Assembly: GCA_024137785.1 (NCBI GenBank)
Contig: JAHRHZ010000267.1
Coordinates: 6,986,512-7,050,511 of the forward strand
DNA: 64,000 bases
Direction: 5' to 3'
Source of the DNA: Ginglymostoma cirratum
Lineage: Eukaryota
Below the pieces are notes generated by a model. The model searched no databases, was not told the origin of the DNA, and worked only from the letters and a program-made list of their open reading frames with translations. Positions 1 through 11,412 of the stretch are shown piece after piece (positions within the stretch are counted from its first letter, which is position 1; each line of letters begins with the position of its first letter). Both the position numbers and the translations under genes were made by a program.

Positions 1-495
1 GGGTACAGAGAAGGTTTACGAGGATGTTGCCTGGTATGGAAGGTGCTAGCTATGAAGAGAGGTTGAGTAGGTTAGGATTGTTTTCATTAAAAAAAAGGAG
101 ATTGAGGGGGGACCTGATTGAGGTCTTCAAAATCATAAAGGGTATAGACAGGGTTGATAGAGATAAGCTTTTTCCCAGGGTGAGGGATTCGATAACGAGG
201 GGTCACGCATTCAAGGTGAGAGGAGAAAAGTTTAAGGGGGATACACACGGAAAGTACTTTACACAGAGGGTGGTAGGTGCCTGGAACGCGTTGCCGGCAG
301 AGGTAGTAGAGGCAGGCACGGTAGATTCATTTAAGGCGCGTCTGGACAGATGCATGAATAGGTGGGGAGCAGAGGGATACAGATCCTTAGGAATTGGGCG
401 ATAGGTTTAGACAGTGGATTTGGATCGGCACAGGCTTGGAGGGCCAAAGGGCCTGTTCCTGGGCTGTAAGTTTTCTTTGTACTTCTTTGTTCTTT
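1..495 (+). mobile_element. CR1/HER1-type LINE 3' end (ORF2 C-terminus and tail)
   Basis: ORF 24-404 reads MLPGMEG..YEERL..RRLRGDLIEVFKI..TRGH..FTQRVVGAWNALP, a typical CR1 ORF2 C-terminus, followed by a ttctttg-type tail. Confidence 0.9.
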
Positions 496-504
496 GAGTC
501 AGAG

Positions 505-815
505 ATGAGGTCCTCGTCAAAATATTCCTATCCTCTGACTTGCTCTTGTAGCCACTGTGTTTATGTGGTGAATCCAGTTGAGTTTCTGGTTAATGACGAC
601 CCCCAGGAAAATGATAGTGGGGGATTCAGTGATGGTAATACCAATGAATGTCAAGGGGCAGTGGTTAGATTGTCTCTTATGGGTTACGGTCAAGCCTAGT
701 ATTTGTGTGGCACGAATGTTACTTGGCACTTGACAGCTCAAGAATGGATATTCTCTGGACCTTGTTGCATTTGATCGTGGACTGCTTCAGTACCCAAGGA
801 GTCGTGAATGGTGCT
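505..815 (-). mobile_element. CR1/L2-group LINE RT fragment
   Basis: ORF 517-741 reads ITESPTIIFLGVVINQKLNWIHHINTVATRASQRIGIF (RT thumb 'LGV.ID..L.W..HI' motif). Confidence 0.75.
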
Positions 816-830
816 GAAAAAAGCAAACAT

Positions 831-903
831 CGCCTGAGCAGATATTCGAACCCTGGACACTCAGATTGAAAGCCTGATGCACTACCCACTGAGCTTCTGA
901 GGC
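831..903 (-). pseudogene. tRNA-Lys(TTT)-derived pseudogene, anticodon now TTC
   Basis: Reverse complement GCCTCAGAAGCTCAGTGGGTAGTGCATCAGGCTTTCAATCTGAGTGTCCAGGGTTCGAATATCTGCTCAGGCG (73 nt) is colinear with vertebrate tRNA-Lys(UUU); T6 run downstream; acceptor and T stems are damaged. Confidence 0.8.
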
Positions 904-2169
904 TAATTTTGATGGATCAGAATCCTGAAAATTCCTTCCCAAGCACTATGGATGTACCAGCAGTGATTCAAGGAGTAGGCTCACCATCACTTTCTCCAGG
1001 GAAATTAAAGATGGGCATTAAATTATGATCTTAACTGTGACACCAGCATCCCAGAGTGTCTGTGGGGAGCTGGAAGAGGGGAGGGGAGGGCAGTACCATA
1101 ACGCTGCACCCTCTGGAAAATAACAGCATAATTGGCAGCAACTTCTGAATTCCCACATTCTTCTACACGAGTTCCAGAGATGCTGTCAGTTTCCCAGTTC
1201 ACACCATCATTACTGTTGAAAATCAATGTCATGATAAATCACAAGCAGATGAAGAAGAGCACAAACCATTCTCAAAACAGTACTCCAGCAGTTCATTCCA
1301 AAGCATAACAGTGGGTGCAATCAAATTGAAATACCCTTACATTTCTCATAACTACACTAATTTCATCCTTTAAGGAAGGCATGATATTTTCAAAGTGCAC
1401 ACCAAAAGATCACAGCCTTGCTATAAAACAGCAGGAGCAGATCAGACACTTGAAATCAGCACCCCAGTAGCCAAATCAAACACAAGAATAATCAAGAATG
1501 ATGACCAAGCAACATTAATAGAACTGTGAGCAGAGAATCAGAAAGCAGGTCAGAATGACTATACTGCGAATATCTTAATTCAAATTGATCATTTAGAAAG
1601 CAACAACTGATTGATTCATCAGTTTAAAAACTAAAACTGAAGGAGGAAATGGCACAGCGGTATTGTTGCTCAACTAATAATCCAGAGACCTAGACAAAAG
1701 AGGACTTTGTGGCACAGTGGCAGAGCTTTAGGCAAAAAGTCTGGTTCAGTTCACACCTGCTCTGGAGGCATATAACATCACTGAACAGGTTGATTAAAAG
1801 TATTTAAAAATGAAAACAGATTTGACAGTCTATTATTTCATTAAAACCAATGCTCAATTAATCAGCTATAGGGCATAAAGTTAAAATTAAATAATATGGG
1901 TTGGCGAAACAAGTCGAAATTTTCCAATAAATTACAATGCAAGGTAAAGTTGCCATAGTCTTACAGAAGATTGGGTCATGGTCTCATTACAGAAAGATGA
2001 CTGGTGATTGTTTAACCCGAGAGTCACATCTCAGGCAAGGGGAGAGGTCGAGCATGAGAATTCTTCATGGTAACCTCATTATAACATGAGGTTTTTAGAC
2101 AATGAATTAAGTAACAAAATTTCAGTTAACTCCCATATATAATAAAGCAACATTAACACAGCAGAAGCA

Positions 2170-3200
2170 ACTCAATGGTGAGTGACTGGTAACTCTGTTT
2201 AAGTAATAAATTTAAGAGTCCAATTAATAGAGGCATGGAAGCACAACTTGGAATCATGGAATGTTCATATCATGTTCCATTTGGGAACTGCATAATGTAT
2301 AATTTACATTCTCATAATGTACATAACCATATATGCATAAAGTGTCATCAATTTCAGCAGTTTACACTCTGGTTTTTGAAACACGAGCTGCTGCTGCCAG
2401 AACTGTTACATCGTCAAGTAGAGAGAGCTTCATGGACAGCATATCCAAAAGGCTAAAGTGTATGCAGGCAGAAAGGAAATAGGATATTCCTACGCAAAAG
2501 TGACGGCTCATCTAAGGACTGGTGTGAGTTTGCCCCAACACGGTGTTATATCATATGTTGCAATGCTTACATTACATCAAGTAACAAAAGGAATTAGGTG
2601 TAAATATCATGGTACTGAAGAATCCAACAGTCATTTATTACAACTAACAATTACATACAATACATTCTTCAGTCACGACATCAGGGCTCTTAGTAAGCTA
2701 TCACGTTTAATGGAAGAGAATGCTTCCAGTCGAGTCATGCTTCTTGTCATCCAGGTCAAGACTAAATACAAGATTTTTATACCTTCAGGTTACATGCTAT
2801 GAAGTGATGATACCATGAGCTTTACTCTGTAAAGTGTACTGACTGGAAGACATGACAGCAGAAAGGTGTAGTTTGAGCCACGTTCACAGCACGGCTACTT
2901 CCAGCTGCATAACGAAGATTATGAAAATTGCAGATGCAATAGTGAGAATCATGTCAATAGAAGAAATTGGTGTTTTGGCAGTCGTTGACAAGAAATTGAG
3001 ATAGTATATTGCCTTTCCGGTGCAGGAACCAAGGGGATCACTGCAGAGCATATCGAGTGGTGGATGAACAGAAATCAGTTGTGGTCCACATTTGTACCAG
3101 AAGTCATAGAGGGAAGTAGTCCTGCAGCTAGAATTGAGATATTAGAAACAATGCTAATAAGCAAGATTTCAAAAGGTTATGATCTTGGCAGTGGGGTGGG
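2170..3200 (+). mobile_element. Ancient CR1 ORF1 relic (zinc finger/leucine zipper and SGNH esterase)
   Basis: ORF 2235-2456 reads IMECS..CIM..HICIKCHQFQQF..ELLL, resembling the CR1 ORF1 zf/LZ; ~2935-3040 has degenerate D-A-I-V-R and C-L-S-G-A motifs (GDSIVR, CLPGA). Confidence 0.55.
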
Positions 3201-3336
3201 TGGTGCCAGAGCAGCAGGGTATGTGCAGACAAGGCACATTAATCAATAAGACTGCACATTCACTCTGGCTCTGGAGTTCAGGTCTTGTTGAGCACATGCA
3301 TCTTTGACAGAACAAACTTAATTCACTCATTTCATC

Positions 3337-3475
3337 GTTCTGAGGAAAGGTCACCGGACCCGAAACGTTAACTATATTTTCCTTCACAGTTGCTGCCAGA
3401 CCTGTTGAGCGTTTCCAGCAACTTTGTTCTTAGTTCCTGATTTACAGCATCTGCAATTCTTTCGGCTTTTATTTA
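3337..3475 (+). mobile_element. Penelope-derived terminal fragment with minimal hammerhead motif
   Basis: gttCTGAGGA-aaGGTCaccgGACCc-GAAA-CGTT-aac followed by the cacag.tgctgccagacctg.tgagc..ttccagcaa tail shared with 25899 and 51480. Confidence 0.75.
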
Positions 3476-6400
3476 TTATTTCACTCATTGTTTAAAACAC
3501 ATCTTTAACTGGTTACAAGGAAGAGAAGACTTGAAAAGGAATTAAGATGCCCAGAGCGATTCATTCACATCCATCGCAAATTTGGCTAAGCTCCCTGAGT
3601 TTCTTACCTGCAAGGAGAAACTCACTAAAGGAAGAAATCAAATCTTGAGAGGCCAAGGATTTAGCTAAAAGTTACTCAGCTGCAGAAGCTGAAAAGAAAG
3701 CAGTATAGGATCTGAAGATCAAGGCAGAAAAATCTCGGACCATGCTTGCTCAGGAAACACAACTGTTTGAGGCAACTCAAGAGTATGTGAAACTAGGAAA
3801 TTCTTTCACAAATGGTGAACATTCATAAGAGTGCTTTGTACAAGTTTCAGAGTAGCTGTGCCGTGTTTTACAAAATATTCAGGAAATTAAAGACATTCCT
3901 TTACCTGTAAAGACCATGAGGGACAAAACAGTAAAGCTCATTGCAGATATCACCAGTTCGCAATTGAGAATTATAAATTCAGCTCCATTGTGAGCAAGAG
4001 AGAAGCCAACTGAAAACAAAAAAAAATGCTGGAGATTCCAGCATCTGCAGTAATTTTTGCCCCTACATTAAGTTTCTAGGCTTACCTGAAAACATGTAGC
4101 ACACTATCAAACAACTCCCCAAAGAAATCCAGCAGTCATAACTGCATTTAAGTAAGAGGCTTTTGATTTAAGGAAGGATTTGGTTTCATTTAAATGGCGT
4201 GTTTTGTTTTAAACATATTACTGTATTAATATTGGCCTTCTGAGAAAACATGGCAATTTGTCAAAATTTGGTTGTTAACTGTCCTTTTTCACTGATATTA
4301 ACAGATGTACATTTCTGTGACTGTAACATAGTCAATATTGCATAGAGATCCATAAATGCATATGCCCTGTGTATCAACATCACTGGTGCTTAAGTAACAG
4401 CTTTGTCATTCTTCAAATATAGAAATTTGACTAAATGTTTAAAATATGGCTCCTCACATCCTGCAGACTGAAAGCTCCTGGCATGTGAAGAAATCTGGAA
4501 TATTAACAAAGAACCGTTATGGTATTTCTGTAAGAGTAAAAACCTGATCGGAGGATATCAGACACCGAGTTCCAGCAAAGATGGGCATTGATTTGGGACA
4601 AACAACATGTTTAAAGGTTTAGTAGAGGAAAAGAAAGTTGGAGATAAAGTTGTAGCTTGCAAAAGGTTGTATGATCAAGGCTTGACTTTGAAGAATAGGA
4701 GCACTACTAGCAGATTCTTAGGAGAGAGGGACACGACATGAATAGAAAGCTAACAATATCAGCTAACAAGAAAATTGGTTATCTGCGCTACATCAAAGAG
4801 GCTATTATTTCAGACACATTTTAACGTCTATTTCAACTCTCAACTAAAGGAAGACATGGCACTAGCCATGCACTTTGTAAGTTCAGTCAGTAATGTGTTT
4901 GTCTGGGAGTGGGTAGCTACAACGAAGTTCATATATCTATTTAAAATGGTGGTCTCTAGTGCTTTCAATGGATTGTTCCAAGAATCTGTAGACCATATGG
5001 TCAAGACCGACTTTCAGTTTACACTGAGACTCTGCTAAATTAGCATTTGGGAACAGCAACAATAATTTGAAGAGCAAGGTCATAAACCAAGGATATTCCA
5101 CAATCAGATTATATTCACCAAATACAGCTATTACAGCTAATTTTGAATTTTCTGATGATGTGAATGTATAGTCAGACATAAACTGGGTATGTCAACCTTC
5201 ACTGAAACGTGTAAACTACTGGGTACGTAGACTGACAAATCAGAGTTGGATTTCAATGTGTATAAATATTGAGCAATTCATAACGAAGCATGCACCAGTA
5301 AGCACGTACATGTAGGATTCTATTTTGTTTGTGCCTCTACTGTCAGAGTTCAAAAACATAACACTGTGGGACTAGTATTCTGCGTTTGGTTTCTGTGAGG
5401 CAATTATCAATAAAGCAAATTACTGGGATGCACTGGAACTTCAAGTCAGAACAAATTGTAATTATACATTGTAGTGATCAATAATAGGGCCAATTTTGCA
5501 GCAAGACAGCAGTTTTAATCATCAGCTCCAGATGCTAACAGGATTGTAAAAGTGGGATCAGGGCAGCTGCAGGTTTTTTAGAAAGTCACGCTGAAAATCT
5601 CAAATGAATAAAACATATTTTCACTGGAAAAAATGGGAAGAAAGAATAAAGCAGGTCTTCAAAATAATTTAAAAAAGATTCAATAGAACAATCTTTCCAA
5701 AGTAGGATAACAGGGAAAGCAGCACAGAAAACAAATAGATTATTCAACAAAAGCTGCATTAACATCAGAAGTTAGAAAAATATTTTCTCATATTGCACAG
5801 ATGTGTATCAGATAAGCAGAGAGCATAAAAACACAAAATGGTGCAAATTACCAGCATCGGAAAAGACCGATTAACATTTCACTCTTCATGTTAACGCACA
5901 TGTGTAACATTTAGTGTGTATCCATCATCACAGGACTGAACGTTCTATTAAGATTCTTAGAAATGATGATGTAAGTGAGGAAAGAGAGAAAAACAACTGA
6001 TTTTCCAGTTGAAAATGTTGGGTGATGTAAATCAGTTGGGTAGGGAAATAGAAGAGAAATAGAAAGATTCATAAAAACAAAAGGTGGTTCATTCAGAAAA
6101 CCCTCCTATCCAGCAAAAAAATAGAAGACTTGTATTTGTATAGTGTTTTACATGATGATCTCAAAGCAATTTATACCAATCAAGTACTTTTAAAGTGTAG
6201 ACATTATTGCAATGTAGGAAGCCTGTTCCGTGAAAGGATAAAAGAATATGAAAATCACCAGTTAGAAATACTCAAACAGAAATGAAACAACATTAAAAGG
6301 GGACTAGAAATATAATATATCACATTGCATTCTCTCAAATTCCCCCATTGATGCCATTCTCAGATGAAGAATTTCCCTCTTTTCTGGATGTTAACAGATC

Positions 6401-6992
6401 TGCCTAATAACATTAATGTCCATGTCTGTTAAGAAAATGGAAGATACCTTTTTGTTCTTGCACACTGGAATATCTTTTGTAACAAACAGGGACAATTATT
6501 TTCCATCCTCAACAAGCCTGACTGTGCACAGGCCTCAGGTGAAGCAGCTCTTTGAAAATAAATAGCAGAAAAGACTATGTACATAATACTTCTTTTTCTA
6601 CCCTGAAGTACCCATTGGGAAATCATCATTTAATCCATGGACAGTAGCTAAGTATGGGAAGGAATAGCAATTCACAAGAAGTGTTTTTTTTTTGGTAAGT
6701 CACCACCAGTTTTTTGCCAGGCAGTCTAAAATTAGTTTTGGTCTCAAATCTAATATGGGCTGGTTTTAGAGTTCAGTTTAAAACACATAGGCATCCAGTT
6801 GGAATATTATTCTACTCATTTCTTCTATAATTAGCATTATTTAGACTCTTAGTATCTAAAATTAAGTTGCAAGGTACATAATAAAATGAGGTAAGCCATC
6901 ATGAAAATCGAGGACAAAATTTTGCAAACATTGGTAATATTCAGCAGGTTAAACAGAATCTGTGGAGAGACAATCAGGGCTGAGAGGTTATT

Positions 6993-7646
6993 GAGATAAC
7001 ATGGTGTAGAGCTGGATGAACACAGCAGGCCAAGCAGCATCAGAGGAGCAGGAAAGCCGACGTTTCAGGTTGAGACCCTTCTTCAGAAATGGGGGAGGGG
7101 AAGGGGATTCTGAAATAAATAGGGAGAGAAGGGGAGGCGGATAGAAGATGGATAAAAGAGAAGATAGGTGGAGAGGAGACAGACAGGTCAAAGAGGCGGG
7201 GTGGGAGCCAGTAAAGGTGAATGTAGGTGGGGAGCTAGGGAGGGGCTAGGTTGGTTCAGGGAGGACGGGGAGGACGGACAGGTCAAGGAGGAGGGATGAC
7301 GTTTGTGGGTAGATCCTACCCACTAACCTCATCCCGTCTCCTTGACCTGTCCATCGTCCCTGGACTGACCTAGCCCCTCCCTAGCTCCCCACCTACATTC
7401 ACCTTTACTGGCTCCAACCCCGCCCCTTCGACCTGTCTGTCTCCTCTCCACCTATCTTCTCCTTTATCCATCTTCTATCCGCCTCCCCTTCTCTCCCTAT
7501 TTATTTCAGAATCCCCTTCCCCTCCCCCTCTTCTGAAGAAGGGTCTCGAACTGAAACGTCAGCTTTCCTGCTCGGCCTGCTGTGCTCATCCAGCTCTACA
7601 TCGTGTTATCTCAGATTCTCCAGCATCGGCAGTTCCTACTATCTCT
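6993..7646. mobile_element. Penelope-derived foldback element (two inverted terminal arms, ~310 bp each)
   Basis: 6993-7310 is the reverse complement of ~7313-7612 (centre gtgggtagatcctacccac); the arms match the PLE end at 57125-57440; flanked by gagaggttatt / gaaaggttatt. Confidence 0.85.
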
Positions 7647-8363
7647 GAAAGGTTATTAACCTGAAACATTAACTCCATTTTATTGTCCACAGAAACTACC
7701 TGATTTAATGGGTATTTCCAACATTCTCTGTTTTTCGAGCTTAAATTTTGGCTTTTCCAACTGATCAGGTAGCACTGTCGACCAATCTTAATAGTCTCTC
7801 CAAGCAGAGAACTGAAAGAGGCCAACCAGTTTATTCTACCAATCAAACAGATCATGGCTGCCTGTACCTCAACTCCATTTATCAGTCTTTGATAGTAAAA
7901 CAGTTATTGTCACTTAACGAAAGAACAAAATTATTTTTGTTCCCATACACTGTTTTTGTAAACTGTGTACACAGACAAAATCTCTTTGCTCCTCTATATT
8001 GCCTGCTTTATCACTATTAACAAGCAAACTGATTTTTCATTCTTGGATCCAAAATGAATGACATCATTGCTTCCCCCACACTGCACTCCATCTGCCAGGT
8101 GTGCCCACTCACTTAATCTGTCTCTATCCCTTTGCAACTTCCTACTCCTACCCATATCATTTTAAAAGAAAACCATGGGAAACTAAGAGGTTGAAATACA
8201 TGCAAAGGCCATTATCTATTTCCCACAATGTCATTAATTTGAGAAAATCATCATTTTGGGCAGTTTCTTCTATTCAGTAATATTTTCCTTCTGAAATCTT
8301 GAGATGTGTTATTTATACAAAGTTATGGCTGGATAATATATCAGAAGTGTCAGAAAGCTATGG

Positions 8364-8585
8364 TTGTGAAGTAACTTCACAGAGGCTGGTATTCTGTCAC
8401 CAAGTCACCCTTTATTTACACATGGAGAGTCCTTGACACTGATCCAGCTTCCTCAGAGTGAACAGGATGTCTGACAAACCTGTTTATATCTGTCAGCCAG
8501 AGCTCCCTGATTCGGCGAGATTAATAGCCCCAAGCAGGGAACTCATATTCTGAGGTCCACCTGGTTGATCTCATTACAATCACAA
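8364..8585 (-). repeat. 3' LTR of the Gypsy element
   Basis: Inverted termini ttgtgaagtaa...ttacaatcacaa, AATAAA on the minus strand, and an adjacent polypurine tract (minus cagagagagggata, ~8586-8600) directly after the integrase tail. Confidence 0.7.
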
Positions 8586-11209
8586 TATCCCTCTCTCTGA
8601 GTCCAAGGACACAGGTCGGTGCTTTTTATTGTAGCTCCTACTGGGACATTTTAACGCCAGGTCAGGTTCCTCCAACTCTGCCTCTGATAAAGACAGGGTG
8701 TAATGCACAGTAGCTGGCTTCTTGTACCTGGAGCGTCTTGGAAGAAATTTGTGCTCTTTTTCAGGCAGCAAAGGCATCAAGGCTGCATTCACTGTGTCCA
8801 TCTCAGATTCAGAGGTATCTTCAACACGTGGACAGGAAGAACCCATGGGTTCCGGAACAGTCAGAAAGGCAGCAGAGGATCTGCGCACGTTTTGCTCCCG
8901 CACTGTTTGCAAGTTTGCAGCTTTCATACTGTTCACATGCTTGTTCAGGTCCGTCACACCTACCTGGACTTTATGTCACAGGACCTGATGTCGACCATGC
9001 CTCTTATGCATGCAGCGCCATTCCAGTGGTTCCTACACTAAACTTCGGCCCCTGACGTAAACTGTCTCTCATGCTTACAGGAGTCCTGTGTCCAGCATTG
9101 ACATTTCTGCAGCTGTTCCACCCTCCCTGCAACCCCAGGTCTGGGAAGATCAGATTTAACCTGGTGCAGAGACTTCTCCCAATTAGCAACTCTGCTGGTT
9201 CTATCAATCAAATAGGAACCGGGACAATTTGGTATTTAGTGCAGTGTAGGTTGTTTCTTTAAGCTTGCCTTCAAAGTTTGGAGTGCTCTTTCTGCCAGAC
9301 CATTGGATGATGGATGATATAGAGGTGCTCTTATATTATGAATACTATTCGACTTTAGAAAAAAGTCAAATTTCCTACTGATAAACGATGGCCTGTTATC
9401 TGTGACCAACACTTCCAGCAGTCTCTGCATCGCAAAATATGCACGTAGTTTTTCTATCACTATCCTGGTGTTTGACGAATGAACTTCATACATGTTCAGC
9501 CATTTTGAGTGGGCCTCCACCATGACTAAGAACATTAAGCCCATAAAAAGACCTGCATTGTCAATGTATAACTGAGTCCAGGGCTTACTCGGTCATTCCC
9601 ACAGATGTGAGAGAGCTGCTGGCAGTAATTTTTATCCTTATTGGTAATCTGGGCACTGACCCACCAACACGGCTATGTCCTGGCCATTCGACATAACTTC
9701 TCACCAACATCTTTATTTTAGAAAACCCTGGATGACCTTGGTGGAAATTCAGCCATACCCGCGGCAACCTTTGCTCGGTACAATCACTCCTGCTCCCCAA
9801 AATAATATGCCATCCTCTACAGTGACCTGGTCTCACAGGTCCAAAAAAGTTTCAATTCTGGTGATCTCCCCACCACCAGCAGTTGTTTCAATTTTGTCAG
9901 GTCCAAATCTTTCTGCATCCAAAGTCTGATATTGTCAGCTGTGACTGGAAGGGTTTCCAGAAAATTTAAAACCATTATAGATTCCTCCAGTAGCGATATC
10001 ACAGGTGGTGTATCTGCCGGTGGGAGGCAGCTGAATGCATCCGCATTTGCTATTTGACTTCATGGATGGTATTCCAACTTGTAAACATATGCACTAATTA
10101 GAGCCCACCATTGAATTTGGTCTAAAGCTCTGGGCAGCACTGCCTTGTCTTTGTTAAGTAGACCTAGTAGGGTTTATGGTCCGTTATCATTACAAATTTA
10201 TATCTGTAAAGGTATTGGTAGAACTTCCTAACTCCGAATATGACTGCCAAACCTTTCTTCTCTATCTGGGCATATTTACGCTCTGCATTAGCCAAAGTCC
10301 TGGATGTATACGCTATTGGGCGTTACCCTCTATTGGGCCATCAATGAGCTAATACTACCCTGATGCTGTAAGGAAAGGCATCGCACATCAATCGCAGATC
10401 TCATTTGGGATCATAGCGTGCCAACACTTGAGAGGATGATAGCTGTTTCTTCACTTCCCTGCAAGCTGTAGCTCGGCTACGTGACCGTTTCCAAGGCTGA
10501 CCCATTTTTTTTAAACGAGTTGATGCAAAGGTGCCAGGATGGAGGCCAGGTTGTGTATAAACATTCCATAAGAGCTCACCAGTCCAAAGACAGACATAAG
10601 CTCTGGTATAGACATGGGAGCCAGGGCACTTTTAATCACCCTCACTTTGATCTTCCAACAAATGCAACCCGGTCTTGTCAACAATATAAGCCAAGTAGGT
10701 CACTTGGGGTGCCGAGAACACACATTTTTCTCTTCTTAGGCATATGGCCACCTGGGAGAAAAATCTAAGGACTATGTCCAAGTTCTCTAAGTGCTCCTTA
10801 TTGGTCTTCCCTGTTATTAGCACATTATCTAGATAAATGGCAACCTGGGGTAGACCTTGTAATAGGTTCTCCACCGTCCGCTGAAAAATTGCACAGGCTG
10901 ATGGTTGTCCATATGGCAGTCTCACATATTGGTACAAACCTTTATGGGTATTACTTGTCACACGCTTCTAGAAATCCTCATCTAACCACAATTGCAAGTT
11001 TGCATGGTTCATGTCCAGCTTTGTGAAGGACAGTCCCCCTGCCAGCTTTACGTATAAATCCTCTACGCGAGGGACTGGGTATTTGTCCAGCTGTGAAAAG
11101 CAGTTTAACATTTGTTTAAAATTTCCACAAAGGTGAATCGACCCGTCAGGTTTCACATTCAACACAGCTGGTGCTGTCTATTCCACAAACTGGACAGATT
11201 TGATGATTC

Positions 11210-11412
11210 AGAAAGAAAAGGTACTGAAGATGCTGGAGAATCCGAGATAACAAGCGTGGGGCTGGATGAACACAGCAGGCCAAGCAGCATCATAGGAGCA
11301 GGAAAGCTTGACGTTTCAGGCCTAGACCCTTCATCAGAAATGGGAGAGGGGAAGAGGGTTCTGAAATAAATAGGGAGAGAGAGGGGGAGGCGGATCCGCT
11401 TGTTATCTCGGA
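11210..11412 (-). mobile_element. Penelope-derived short insertion inside Gypsy pol, with hammerhead motif
   Basis: PLE terminus with a short inverted end (cgcttgttatctcggatt); imperfect TSD gatttgatgattc 11197-11209 / gatttgctgattc 11411-11423. Confidence 0.8.
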
